Source: the human T2T-CHM13v2.0 reference genome, Homo sapiens. Taken from it: DNA of 64,000 nt. The notes under the pieces are model-generated. The model had not been told where the DNA came from. It did no database searches and saw nothing but the letters and a program-made list of their open reading frames with translations. The stretch lies in the NCBI RefSeq assembly GCF_009914755.1, contig NC_060936.1; one strand, written 5' to 3'. Made by a program: the position numbers and the translations under genes. This document shows positions 27,231 through 39,950 of the stretch, piece by piece. The stretch's first letter is position 1, and every line of letters starts with the position of its first letter.

Positions 27231-29797
27231 CCTTAAATGCCAAATTTCCAGGTGTGAGTGCCTGATTGGCTGAGTCTAAGATACATGTCTGTGTTTTAGC
27301 TATCAGGGGATGGGGAGAGGAAAAGATGGGCTTTTTAGGTAGTAGGAGGAAGACCTCTCTCTTACCAAGACTGAAACAATTGGAGAGTTCCTTTCAAAAG
27401 GATGAGGATTTCAATACTGAATAGCCTCCTGAAATTTCAAATATTCTCTGTAGTATGCAAAGGGTTTACCTCAATCTATGTATTTACCTATAACGAGTAC
27501 CCAATACATTCTGTGTCCTTTCTCATTTATTTTCTCTTTTCCCTAGTTTTTGCCACATGTATAATCCTTGCTTTTCTATTTGATACATGTTTTTAAATTC
27601 TGGCCATAACAAAATAAAGCCTTAATAAAGCCTGTTCTAAGTTCTATCTAATTAAGGAGAAAGGTTAGCTCAGTGGTTCCAACTTTAAATTGATGACTGT
27701 AGCATGCTGTACTCTGTGAAGGAAATGTGCACCTTTAGAAAGACTCATTCTTCACATGTAAATGTTTTTCAGATAAAAATAATGAAATACAAACAAACAT
27801 TTACACCAAGATAAATTTCTTACCAAGATACTGAAGGTCTTCCTATTTGTTAAATCATCCAAAATCCTATCAAAAGAATTTTTATTTTATTTTTTAAAGT
27901 TTCAACCTCTGGGAGCACAGAACAAGGAATTTTTATTTTAGAAAATTTAAAGTAGAAACTCTTCAAAGTGATAGGATATGACAGGCAGCTACTATTATTT
28001 TTCCTCCAAATTTATAAGTGTAAGGTACCTGTTTAATCAGCTGGAGGTTAGAAAAAAAGAATATAAATAAATTATTTTTCATGAAAACTGTTTCTTTATA
28101 TTGGCTACAAATGATTTATGTCCTCACACTAGGATGAAGGGGAACAAAAAATATTTTAATAATAGAAATTGCATTGCAAAAATTTTTTCATATGTATCTT
28201 GTTTAATTCTTCATGTTTCATATTCATCACTCTATCCATATAACTGGTGGGTGCCTGAACTCACATTTGAAATTAGGAAAATTTGTCACTGTTAGGAGTC
28301 AGCTTTAATTTTTCTAAATGACTCAAAAAGAAAGGAATTTTTTTCTAGGTGAAGATTATGCATTCTTAAAGAGGCATTTGGAAGTTCCTTTACCTGCAGC
28401 TTTTACTAAAGTGTTTGGAAGTGGTGAAACAAAGATACTGCTGTGGTTTGAGGGGATGAAGCATCTCACTGGGTGCTGGAAGAACAGAATCTACTCTGAC
28501 CCCAGAGAGGTCAGTGACTTGAGCCAGTTTCTCCCTTCCTGGGTTCATTCAGTTTCCCCATTTGAAAACTGAGTGCCCATCCAGAAGTTCTTTATATTTC
28601 CTTCATCCTTAAAAAATTCTGCATCCTGAGGGTGGAGCATCACCTCACCTGGGAAGTGCAAGGGGTTGGGGAACTCCCTCCCTTAGCCAAGGGAAGCCAT
28701 GAGGGACTGTGCCATGAGGGATGGTGCTATCTGGCCCAGATACTATGCTTTTCCCATGGTCTTCACAACCCACAGACCAGGAGATTCCCTCAGGTGTGTA
28801 CACCACCAGGGCCCTGGGTTACAAGCACAAAATTGGGTGGCCATTTGGGCAGACACTGAGCTAGTTGCAGGAGTTTTTTTAATACCCCAGCAGCACCTGG
28901 AACACCAGTGAGACAGAACTATTCACTCTCCTGGAAAGGGCTGAATCCAGGGAGCCGAGTGGTCTTGCTTAGCAGATCCCACCCCCACGGAGCCCAATAA
29001 GCTAAGATCCACTGGCTTGAAATTCTTGCTGCCAGTACAGCAGTCTGAAGTCAACCTGGGACTCTCAAGCTTAGTGGGGGGAGGGGTGTCTGCCATCACT
29101 GAGGCTTGAGTAGGCAGTTTTCCCCTCACAGTGTAAACAAAGCCGGGAAGTTCAAACTGGGCGCATAATCTACCGCAGTGCAGCAAAGCCGCTGTAGCCA
29201 GACTGCCTCTCTAGATTCTTCCTCTCTAGGCAGGGCATCTCTGAAAGAAAGGCAGCAGTCAGGGGCTTACAGATAAAACTCCCATCTCCCTGGCACAGAG
29301 CACCTGGGGGAAGGGGTGGCTGTGGCTGCAGCTTCAGCAGACTTAAACCTTCCTGCCTGCCGGCTCTGAAGAGAACAGCAGATCTCCCAGCACAGTGCTC
29401 AAGCTCTGCTAAGGGACAGGCTGCCTCCTCAAGTGGGTCCCTGACCCCTGTGTGTCCTGATGGGGAGAAACCTCCCAGCAGGGGTCAGCAGACACCTCAT
29501 ACAGGAGAGGTCCAGCTGGAATCTCGTGAGTGCCCCTCGGGGACAGGGCTTCCAGAGGAAGGAGCAGGCAGCAATCTTTGCTGTCCTGCAGCCTCCACTG
29601 GTGATACCCAGGCAAAGAGGATCTGGAGTGGACCTCCAGCAAACTCCAGCAGACCAGCAGAAGAGAGGCCTGACTGTTAGAAGGAAAACTAACAAACAGA
29701 AAGCAATAGCATCAACATCAATGAAAAGGATGCCCATGCAAAAATCCCATCTGAAGGTTGCCAACATCAAAGACTAAAGGTAGATAAATCCACGAAG

Positions 29798-30553
29798 ATG
29801 AAAAAAACCAGCACAAAAAAAACTGAAAATTCCAAAACCCAGAATGCCGCTTCTCCTCCAAAGGATCACAACTCCTTGGCAACAAGGGCACAAAACCAGA
29901 CAGAGAATGAGTTTGATGAATTAACTGAAGTAGGCTTCACAAGGTGGGTAATAACAAACTCCTCCAAGCTAAAGGAGCATGTTCTAACCCAATGCAAGCA
30001 AGCTAAGAACCTTGATAAAAGGTTACAGGAACTGCTAACTAGAATAACCAGTTTAGAGAAGAACAGAAATAAACTGATGGAGCTGAAAAACACAGCACAA
30101 GAACTTCGTGAAGCATACACAAGTATCAATAGCCAAATCAATCAAGCAGAAGAAAGGATATCAGATATTGAAGATCAACTTAATGACATAAAACATGAAG
30201 ACAAGATTGGAGAAAAAAGCATGAAAAGGAACAAACAAAGCCTCCAAGGAATGTGTGACTATGTGAAAAGACCAAACCTATGTTTGATTGGTGTACCTGA
30301 AAATGATGGAAAGAATGGAACCAAGTTGGAAAACACATTTCAGGATATAAACCAGAAGAACTTACCCAACCTAGCAAGGCAGGCCAACATTCAAATTCAG
30401 GAAATACAGAGAACACCACAAAGATACTCCTCGAGAAGAGCAACCCCCAGACACATAATTGTCAGATTCACCAAGGTTGAAATGAAGGAAAAAATGTTAA
30501 AGACAGCCAGAGAGAAAGATCAGGTTACCCACAAGGCAAGCCCATTAGACTAA
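29798..30553 (+). pseudogene. L1 ORF1p remnant (251 aa, frameshifted at the C-terminus)
   Basis: ENEFDELTEVGF...coiled coil...YVKRPNL...RRATPRHIIVRFTKVEMKEKML. Confidence 0.85.
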
Positions 30554-32155
30554 CAGCGGATCTCTCTGCAGAAACCCTACAAGCCAGAAGAGAGTGGGGG
30601 CCAATATTCAACATTTTTGAAGAACAGAATTTTCAACTCAGAATTTCATTTCCAGCCAAGCAAATTCTTCATAAGTGAAGGAGAAATAAAATCTTTTACA
30701 GATAAGCAAATGCTGAGAGATTTTGTCACCACAAGGCCTGCCTTACAAGAGCTCCTAGGGAAGCACTAAGTATGGAAAGTAAAAACTGGTACCAGCCACT
30801 GCAAAAACATTCCAAAGTGTAAAAACCATTGACACTATGAAGAAACTGCATCAACTAATGCGCAAAATAACCAGCTAGCATCATAATGACAGGATCAAAT
30901 TCATACGTAACAATATTAACCTTAAATGTAAATGGGATAAATGCCTCAATTAAAAGACACAGACTGGAAAATTGGATAAAGAGTCAAGATCCATTGGTGT
31001 GCTGTGCTCAGGAGACCTGTCTCACATGCAAACACACACACAAGCTCAAAATAAAGGGTTGGAGGAATATTTACCAAGCAAATGGAAAGCAAAAAACAGC
31101 AGAGGTTGCAATCCTAGTCTCTGATAAAACAGACTTTAAACCAACAAAGATCAAAAAAGACAAAGAAGGCCATTACCTAATGGTAAAGGGATCAACACAA
31201 CAAGAAGAGTTAACTGTCCTAAATATATATATGCACCCAATACAGGAGCACCCAGATTCATAAAGCTGGTTCTTAGAGACCTGCAAAGAGACTTAGACTC
31301 CCACACAATAATAGTGGGAGACTTTATCACCCTACTGTCAATATTAGACAGATCAATGAGACAGAAAATTAACAAGGATATTCAGGACTTGAGCACAGTT
31401 CTGGACCAAGCAGACCTAATAGACATCTACAAAACTATCAACAGAATATACATTCTTCTCAACACCACATAGCACTTATTCTAAAACTGACCACATAATT
31501 GGAAGTAAAACACTCCTCAGGACATGCAAAAGAATGGAAATCATAACAGTTTCATAGATCACAGAGCAATCAAATTAGAACTCAGAATTTAAAAACTCAC
31601 ACAAAACCGCACAACTACATGGAAACTGAACAACCTGCTCCTGAATGACTACTGGGTAAATAACAAAATTAAGGCAGGAACAAATAAGTTCTTTGAAACC
31701 AATGAGAACAAAGAAACAATGTACCAGAATCTCTGGGACACAGCTAAAGCAGTGTTTAGACTCAAATTTATAGCACTAAATGCCCACATTGGAAAGGAGG
31801 AAAGATCTAAAATTGACACCCTAACATCACAATGAAAAGAACTAGAGAAGCAAGAGCAAACAAATTCAAAAGCTAGCAGAAGACAAGAAATAACCAAGAT
31901 CATAGCAGAACTAAAGGAGATAGAGGCACAAAAACCATCCAAAATAAATCAATGAATCTAGGAGCTGGTTTTTTGAAAACATTAACAAAATAGGTAGACC
32001 TCTAGCCAGACTAATAAAGAAGAAAAGAGAAAATAATCAAATAGGCACAATAAAGTGATGAAGGGGATATCACCACTGATTTCACAGAAATACAAACTCC
32101 CATCAGAGAATACTATAAATACCTCTATACAAATAAACTAGAAAATCTAGAAGAA

Positions 32156-33850
32156 ATGGATGAATTCCTGGACACATACACCCTCCCAAGACTAAACCAG
32201 GAAGAAATTGAATCCCTGAATAGACCAATAACAAGTTCTGAAATTGAGGCAGTAATTAATAGCCTACCAACCAAAAAATGTCCAGGACCAGACGGATTCA
32301 CAGCCGAATTCTACCAGAGGTACAAAGAGGAGCTGGTACCCATCCTTCTGAAACTAATTCAAACAATAGAAAAAGAGGGACTCCTGCCTAACTCATTTTA
32401 TGAGGCCACCAACATCCTGATACCAAAACCTGGCAGAGACACAACAAAAAAAGAAAATTTCAGGCCAATATCCCTGATGAACATCAATGCAAAAATCCTC
32501 AATGAAATACTGGCAACTGAATCCAGCATTAAAAAGCTTATTCACCATGATCAAGACAGCTTCATCCCTGGGATGCAAGGCTGGTTCAACATATGCAAAT
32601 CAATAAATGTAATCCATCACATAAACAGAATCAATAATAAAAACCACATGATTATCTCAGTAAATGCAGAAAAGGCCTTTGATAAAATTCGGCATCTCTT
32701 CATGCTAAAAACACTCATTAAACTAGGTATTGATGAAACGTCTCTCAAAACAGTAAGAGCTATTTATGACAAACCCACAGCCAATATCATACTGAATGGG
32801 CAAAAGCTGGAAGCATTCCCTTTGAAAACTGGTATAAGACAAGGATGCCTTCTCTCATCACTCCTATTCAACATAGTATTGGAAGTTCTGGCCAGGGCAA
32901 TCAGGCAAGAGAAAGAAATAAAAGATATTCAAATAGGAAGAGAGGAAGTAAAATTGTCTCTGTTTGCAGATGACATGATTGTATATTTCAAAAACCCCAT
33001 TGTCTCTGCCCAAAATCTCCTTAAGCTAATAGGCAACTTCAGCAAAGTCTCAGGATACAAAATCAATGTGCAAAAATTACAAGCATTCTTATACACCAAT
33101 AATAGACAGACAGAGAGTCAAATCGTGAGTGAACTCCCATTCACAATAGCTGCAAAGAGAATAAAATACCTAGGAATACAACTTACAAGGGATGTGAAGT
33201 ACCTCTTCAAGGAGAACTACAAACCACTGCATAAGGAAATCATAGAGGACACAAACAAATGGAAAAATATTCCATGCTCATGGATAGGAAGAATCAATAT
33301 CATGAAAATGGCCATACTGCCCAAAGTAATTTATAGATTCAATGCTAGTCCCATCAAGCTACTATTGAATTTCTTTACAGAATTAGAAAAAAACTGCTTA
33401 AATTTCATATGGAACCAAAAAAGAGCTCATATAGCCAAGACAATCCTAAGCAAAAAGAACAAAGCTGGAGGCATCACACTACCTGATTTCAAACTATACT
33501 ACAAGTCTACAGTAACCAAAACAACATGGTACTGGTACCAAAACAGATATATAGACCAATGGAACAGAACAGAGGCCTCAGAAATAACACCACACATCTA
33601 CAACCATCTGATCTTTGATGAATCTGACAAAAACAATCAATGGGGAAAGGATTCCCTACATAACAAATGGTATTGGGAAAACTGGCTAGCCATATGCAGA
33701 AAACTAAAACTGGACTCCTTCCTTACACATTACACAAAAATTAACTCAAGATGGATTAAAGACTTAAATGTAAGACCTAACACCATAAAAACCCTAGAAG
33801 AAAACCTAGGCAATACCATTCAGGACATAGGCATGGGCAAGACTTCATGA
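32156..33850 (+). pseudogene. L1 ORF2p remnant: 564-aa open frame spanning the Z/RT region
   Basis: [50 protein letters not shown]; EN domain disrupted upstream and C-terminus frameshifted. Confidence 0.88.
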
Positions 33851-36659
33851 CTAAAACACCAAAAGCCACTGAAACAAAAGCCAAAATTGACAATTGGCAT
33901 CTAATTAAACTAAAGAGCTTCTGCACAGCAAAAGAAACTATCATCAGAGTAAACAGGCAACCTACAGAATAGGAGAAAATTTTGCCATCTATTTATCTGA
34001 CAAAGGGCTAATATCCAGAATCTACAAGAAACTTAAACAAATTTACAAGAAAAAAACAAACAACCCCATCAAAAAGTGGACAAAGGATATGAACAGACAC
34101 TTCTCAAAAGAAGACATTTATGTGGCCAAAAGACATATGAAAAAAAGCTCATCATCACTGGTCATTAAAGGAATGCAAATCCAAACCACAATAAGATACC
34201 ATCTCACACCAGTTAGAATGGCGATCATTAAAAAGTCAGGAAACAACAGATGCTGGAGAGGATGTGGAGAAATAGGCACACTTTTACACTGTTGGTGGGA
34301 GTGTAAATTAGTTCAACCATTGTGGAAGACAGTGTGATGATTCCTCAAGGATCTAGAACTAGAAATATCATTTGACACAGCAATCCCATTACCGGTTATA
34401 TACCCAAAGGATTATAAATTATTCTGCTATCAAGACACGTGCACATGTATGCAGCACTATTCACAAAAGCAAAGACTTGGAACCAACCCAAATGCCCATC
34501 AATGATAGACTGGATAAAGAAAATGTGGCACACATACCCTATGGAATACTATGCAGCCATAAAAAAGGATGAGTTTGTGTACTTTGGAGGAACATGGGTG
34601 AAGCTGGAAACCATCATTCTCAGCAAACTAACACAGGAACAGAAAACCACACACTGCATGTTCTCACTCATCAGTGGGAGTTGAACAATGAGAACATATG
34701 GGTACAGGGAGGGGAATGGCACACAGCAGGGCCTGTCAGGGGGTGGGGGGCAAGAGAAGGAATAGCATTAGGAGAAATACCTAATGTAGATGACGGGTTG
34801 ACGGGTGCAGCAAAGAAACCACCATGGCACATGTATACCTACGTAACAAACCTGCACGTTCTGTACAGGTATCCCAAAACTTAAAGCATCACAAAAAATA
34901 AACAAAACTATAAAAACAGAGAAGAGACACCAGAAAGTCTGCCAAAAAAAAATCTGCAACCTAATTACTAATTCTAATCTCATTTCTCAGTTGAAAAACA
35001 CACTTAATTATTAGTAGCTCAGCTGGGGACTAATGAAAACTTGTCAAACAGCCGTGAAAGGAACAGAATCTCCAGTTCACACCTACATTACAGAAATCCC
35101 CTCCTCTGGCCTTTTTCAATGAGTAAACACTTATTTTTGGCAGTGTTGGCTTGGGAATAGTGTCTCTATAGAAACCACTGCCTGGGTGAACACTTTCCTT
35201 GGGAATGAGCAGCTTCTCAACGTTTATATGTCATCTTAATTGATAGAACAAGTAGATCTTTCAAGATCTCCAAGCCTTTTTGTCAGCTGGCAGGTTAAAT
35301 TCTAAATTAGACGCAACACCTGAATGAGCATGCGAGCTGAGAAGCTTCAGTGTTTTCATGACAACCAAGAATGCCACGTCTCCATACAAATGTTAATTCA
35401 ACTGTCATCGTGGGTTTTTATATACCATTAGTTTTATTTTCAACTTTGAGTGGAAATGAAGTGACATTTTGGGATTTCCTTTGGGATTTCAAAGCCATTT
35501 TTGGTTATTGTTGTTGTGTTTCTTCCTGTGCTACCACCCCAAGCTGGGTGCTTTCAGAGCTGTAGGTGTCGTGGGACTCAGTTCCCTCAGTACATCTCCA
35601 GAAACTCTGAGCAAGCTTTGGGGACTGGATCAAGAACAGTGAAGATCTGGAGCACCTCCCATTTCATGCCTTGGAGTCTTGACAGATTCTCAAACAGAAT
35701 GCTGTAAACCCACTTTATCAGTTTGTTAAGAATAAAGAGAAATATATGAAAGCCCCCAAATGTATCACCCCAGTGCCATTATACCCAGAAATATCTTCCA
35801 TTTGACACCTAAACTATAAGATGTACAATGTTATTGCTTTTTTCCTCCCTCCACCCCCCAATGTATGGATAATTGTCAAAGTTCCAGAGTACCACCTGGC
35901 CTCTGGGGAAAGTGGAATGGTAGATTGGGGGGAGGAACATTTTCTTATAGGTCAGCTATAATGGCCAGTCTTAGCGAGCTGAATATTATTGTGCCTGATA
36001 TGTTTGAGTGAACCAAGAAGCAAAAACAACTCTATGCTCTGGATTGGAAATCCTAGCGAGGTTGGTATCCAGGCAGGATGATAGGAAATATATCTTAATT
36101 TTGAACAAAGCACTTTGCTTAGAATGCTAGGTGAATAGGCAAATCGCGATGCAGAGCTGCTCAGGGCTTTCTGATTCGTGGCTGTGGCACGGGTAGCTTT
36201 GGCCTCGTTTAGAAATGGCAGTTTGAATTCTCACCATGAAGTGCTCCCAGTGTTCTGATAAGAAGAGCAACACTCTCTGTTCTGAAGCATATGTTGTTTC
36301 TGCTCTTCAGGAGGGATGGGGACAAAGAGCCCAAATGAACGCACACACTTTTTAATATTTTGGAAGCAGTGTGTGCCTCTAAATTCACTTGAGGCTTGCT
36401 CACTTTTTCATTTCCTGTGTAGATTCATTCTTAGATTGGAAATGACTTCATTACCCACATATTCAGATTAATTCCTGAGTCATGCCTGGCTTCTTCTCTT
36501 AAAAACAGATAACAAATCTGGACTTTGAGAGCTAGAGCTTGACCATTTTTCAATCTGAATATATTCAGGATAAGATGTTCCCTAAAGATCACCTGCGACG
36601 GGACCACTTCTGATTTATTAGGCAGGCTGAGCATCCCAAATCACGCAGAGAAAAGAAAC

Positions 36660-36886
36660 AATAATAATTCAACAAAATGACTACCATTTATTGTCTGCTA
36701 GATTCCAGGCATTTTGCACATATTAACCTCACGTTAGCTGCACAACAATCCTGTGAGTTAGATTTTATTTTCAGATGAAGAAGCTTGTTTCAGAAATTAA
36801 CTTGCCCAGGCCACACGCAGCATGCAGTGGTCAAGCTAAGATGCGCACCTGAGTCAGACTGACTCTTGAGACAGACGGTTACATAC
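36660..36886 (-). mobile_element. MIR
   Basis: accatttattgtctgctagattccaggc...cagatgaagaagc...aacttgcccaggccacac. Confidence 0.7.
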
Positions 36887-37316
36887 TGCCTTATGAAAGG
36901 ACTATTTATGCAAAGCAACTCTCAAATGCTGAAGAGCCGAGAAACCAAAGAAGGCAGACAAATCCAGTTTGTCTGAATTGGGTGATGTATTGAGAGAACT
37001 TACAGACAGAAGCATGGTCTTGGGTGGCTGCAAGACAGGTAGGTCTCCGTGCTGTTGTCCCTCAGACCCAAGGCCTATATATCACAGGAAAGGGGTGTAT
37101 GTGTTCTACCAAGACAGTTAAAGGCAATTCTCCACAACAGGCAAGAATGCTGTGTGTGTCCTAGCCTGTAACTTGTGTGATAGCATCAAGGTTGCTTTTT
37201 TCTTGCACTAGGAACAGTAAATAAAGTAGAAACCAGGAGGCATTGACAGGACTGGGGCTAATCAGAAGTCAACATGGCGGATTGGCATTCAAGATGGAGT
37301 CACTTTTGTCTCCACA
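36887..37316 (-). mobile_element. LTR47A-like solo LTR
   Basis: Reverse complement begins tgtggagacaaaagtgactccatcttgaatgccaatccgccatgttgacttctgattagcccc; TSD catac/tatac. Confidence 0.8.
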
Positions 37317-38029
37317 TATACTAAGCAATGCTGCATCACCAGTCAATAAGCCACATGGCATGGCGTACTTTTGCTTGTACCTGTGAGTTTAGTATTTAGT
37401 ATTTTTGTTTGTGTTCTAGAAGACTGTGGCTCTCTATTACAGCTAAGCCTACTAGAATCCTTCATAATAATGGAGATGCAAACACTGGATGAAAAGAAAT
37501 TGAATGGTGATAAATAGAAACCATATTATGTGAAACTCAGAGAAGATATTCTTATTAACTAAATGAGACTGTAGCCTGGAATATGAGAGCCAATCCTTCG
37601 TAGTTATTGAAATGCCAACATGAACAGAGTCCTATAGTATGGTCCTTAGCAGAATTCATTATAAGTTATTGGTTAACAACTACTAGAGGAGGTTCGAATG
37701 TTTGTGAAATACAACTACAAGGGGTCAGTTGTACTCTGTGAGGTACAGTTGTTTGAAATTGTGAAACAACATACAGTTGTAACCGTGTTTGAAAGAAGAC
37801 ATTTTAGAAAAATACTGGAGAATGAAATCTCATTTTAAAATATCTTCCCTTAGTTTTTCTAAGAAATAGGATGAAGTATTGTAGGGCAACTGTGGCACAC
37901 AAGAAAAAGGGTTGTCATTTGCACAGATTGCAGTGCAAGTGGTGCCAGCTGGATTTGCACAACAGGGGCAGCCCTCACTGAATTAGGAGAAATCCTAAGA
38001 ATCTTCTCTACTTAGACATATGTGGCTTT

Positions 38030-38490
38030 ATGTTGGTTTCTGAGCAACTGGGTAGATGATGGTGCCATTTAGTGAGATGCAAAATATTAGGGAAGGAATG
38101 AGTTTGCTTGGGGGAAAATAAAGGGTTCTGTGGGGAGGTTGAGTTTTAGAGGATGACTATGCTGTTGGGTACATGAGACTGGAGTTGTGGGGAGAGGTTG
38201 GGACAGGAGATAGAATTTGGGGAGTTATCAGTTTATGGATAATCCTTAATGCCATGAAACTGAGGAAGATGTCTTAGGGAGAATGGAGAGAAAAAAGAGG
38301 CTCAGGACTGATGTCTTCCAACATTTAGAGGTCAAGAAAAAGCAAAGGAGCCAGCAAAGGAGACTGACAAGGGAGCAGCCAGTGCAGTTCAAGGAAAACT
38401 AGGAGTTTAACGTCTAGGATGGAAACAACTGAGAAGAGCGCATCAAGAAGGAGAGCCAAAGTCTGGGGCACATGCTGCTGAGCATTAGCA
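38030..38490 (-). mobile_element. L2 LINE fragment
   Basis: tgagcaactgggtagatgatggtgccatttagtgagatg...gagccagcaaaggagactga. Confidence 0.75.
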
Positions 38491-38519
38491 GAGTCCCACT
38501 GACTCTCTCTTCCTTGTTT

Positions 38520-39200
38520 TTCTAAATATGCTTCCTTCTCCCCAAACCCATGACTCTTCTCTTAGTCCAGAAATACAATGGCCTTTCAATGAAGTGCCTC
38601 GCCTCTTGATTCAGCTTCCTACAATCCACACTGCATGCTATCCTGTGTGGGCAATTTCTCTAAAATGCCAACACTATTATGTCACACCCAGATTTAAAAC
38701 TGTGCAATGGCTCTCCATTACCCATAAAATAGAATCCTAACTTATTAATATTTCCTATGAGGCTATCACCTGGAGCTTAACTCCCTCCCCAACAGATCCA
38801 GCATTATCGTCTCCCACACATCCTGTGCTATACCCCAATTCACCACATCTAATGTGCCATGCTTTTTTTCTTTAACCTCCATGGAGTTCCTCTTGGCTGG
38901 TACTGTTCCATCTGGCTGAAATACTTTTCCCCACTCTAGTCCTTCTGACACGTCTCAGTATATAGTTCTCAGTTCTAGAGTTATTTTCTCTGTAAAAGTT
39001 TCCCCTGATCTCCCCTAAACATATTAGACATTGTCCATTCTACTATCCCATAACTTGCCATAAACACCTCAATTATAGCACTGTCCATGCTCAAATGGTA
39101 TTTCTTGAGCACTGGTTTTTAATGAGTCGCTAATCCCCCGAGAGAGAGAACATTTTCGTGGAAGTATAGTCATATAGACATTAGAACTTTTATAAAATCT
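38520..39200 (+). mobile_element. L2 LINE fragment
   Basis: caatggctctccattacccataaaatagaatcc...ctgttccatctggctgaaatacttttcccc. Confidence 0.65.
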
Positions 39201-39393
39201 TTGAGGTCTTGTTCTTTCAATGTATACGTATGGGCTTCTCACAGGAACCAAATGCTGTACATGGCACTGGGAGCATTAAAAAGAAAATCCATGGGCCCCA
39301 CTCGTAAGGAACTTATGGTTTAATCATATTATAAAAAGCAGTTGCAATACACATGGAGAGTGCTATAATTGAGGTGTTTATGGCAAGTACGGG

Positions 39394-39950
39394 ACCATTT
39401 GACCCAGCCATACCATTACTGGGTATATACCCAAAGGATTATAAATCATGCTGCTATAAAGACACATGCACATGTATGTTTATTGTGGCACTATTCACAA
39501 TAGCAAAGACTTGGAACCAACCCAAATGTCCAACAATGATAGAATGGATTAAGAAAATTAAGAAAATGTGGCACATATACACCATGGAATACTATGCAGC
39601 CATAAAAAATGATGAGTTCATGTCCTTTGTAGGGACATGGATGAAGCTGGAAACCATCATTCTCAGCAAACTATTGCAAGGACAAAAAACCAAACACTGC
39701 ATGTTCTCACTCATAGGTGGGAATTGAACAATGAGAACACATGGACACAGGAAGGGGAACTTCACAAACCGGGGACTGTTGTGGGTTGGGGGGAGGGGGG
39801 AGGGATAGCATTAGGAGATATACCTAATGCTAAATGACGAGTTAATGGGTGTAGCATACCAACATGGCACATGTATACATTGTAACAAACCTGAACGTTG
39901 TGCACATGTACCCTAAAACTTAAAGTATAAAAAAAACAAAAAACAAAAAA
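39394..39950 (+). mobile_element. 5'-truncated L1PA4-like 3' end
   Basis: ORF2 C-terminus ([26 protein letters not shown]), 3'UTR gctaaatgacgagttaatggg, polyA; no clear TSD. Confidence 0.9.

Larger units (their letters stand above)
28628..34952 (+). mobile_element. Near full-length L1PA7 (start of 5'UTR missing) with short 3' transduction
   Basis: 5'UTR, ORF1 and ORF2 remnants, L1PA7-type 3'UTR (ggagaaatacctaatgtagatgacggg), polyA, 17-bp TSD aaaaaa(t/a)tctgca(t/a)cct at 28611-28627 and 34946-34962. Confidence 0.95.

Noticed and set aside
37883-37976. MER91-like hAT MITE (agggc...gccct)
   Set aside because: Too short and degenerate to call without an HMM search
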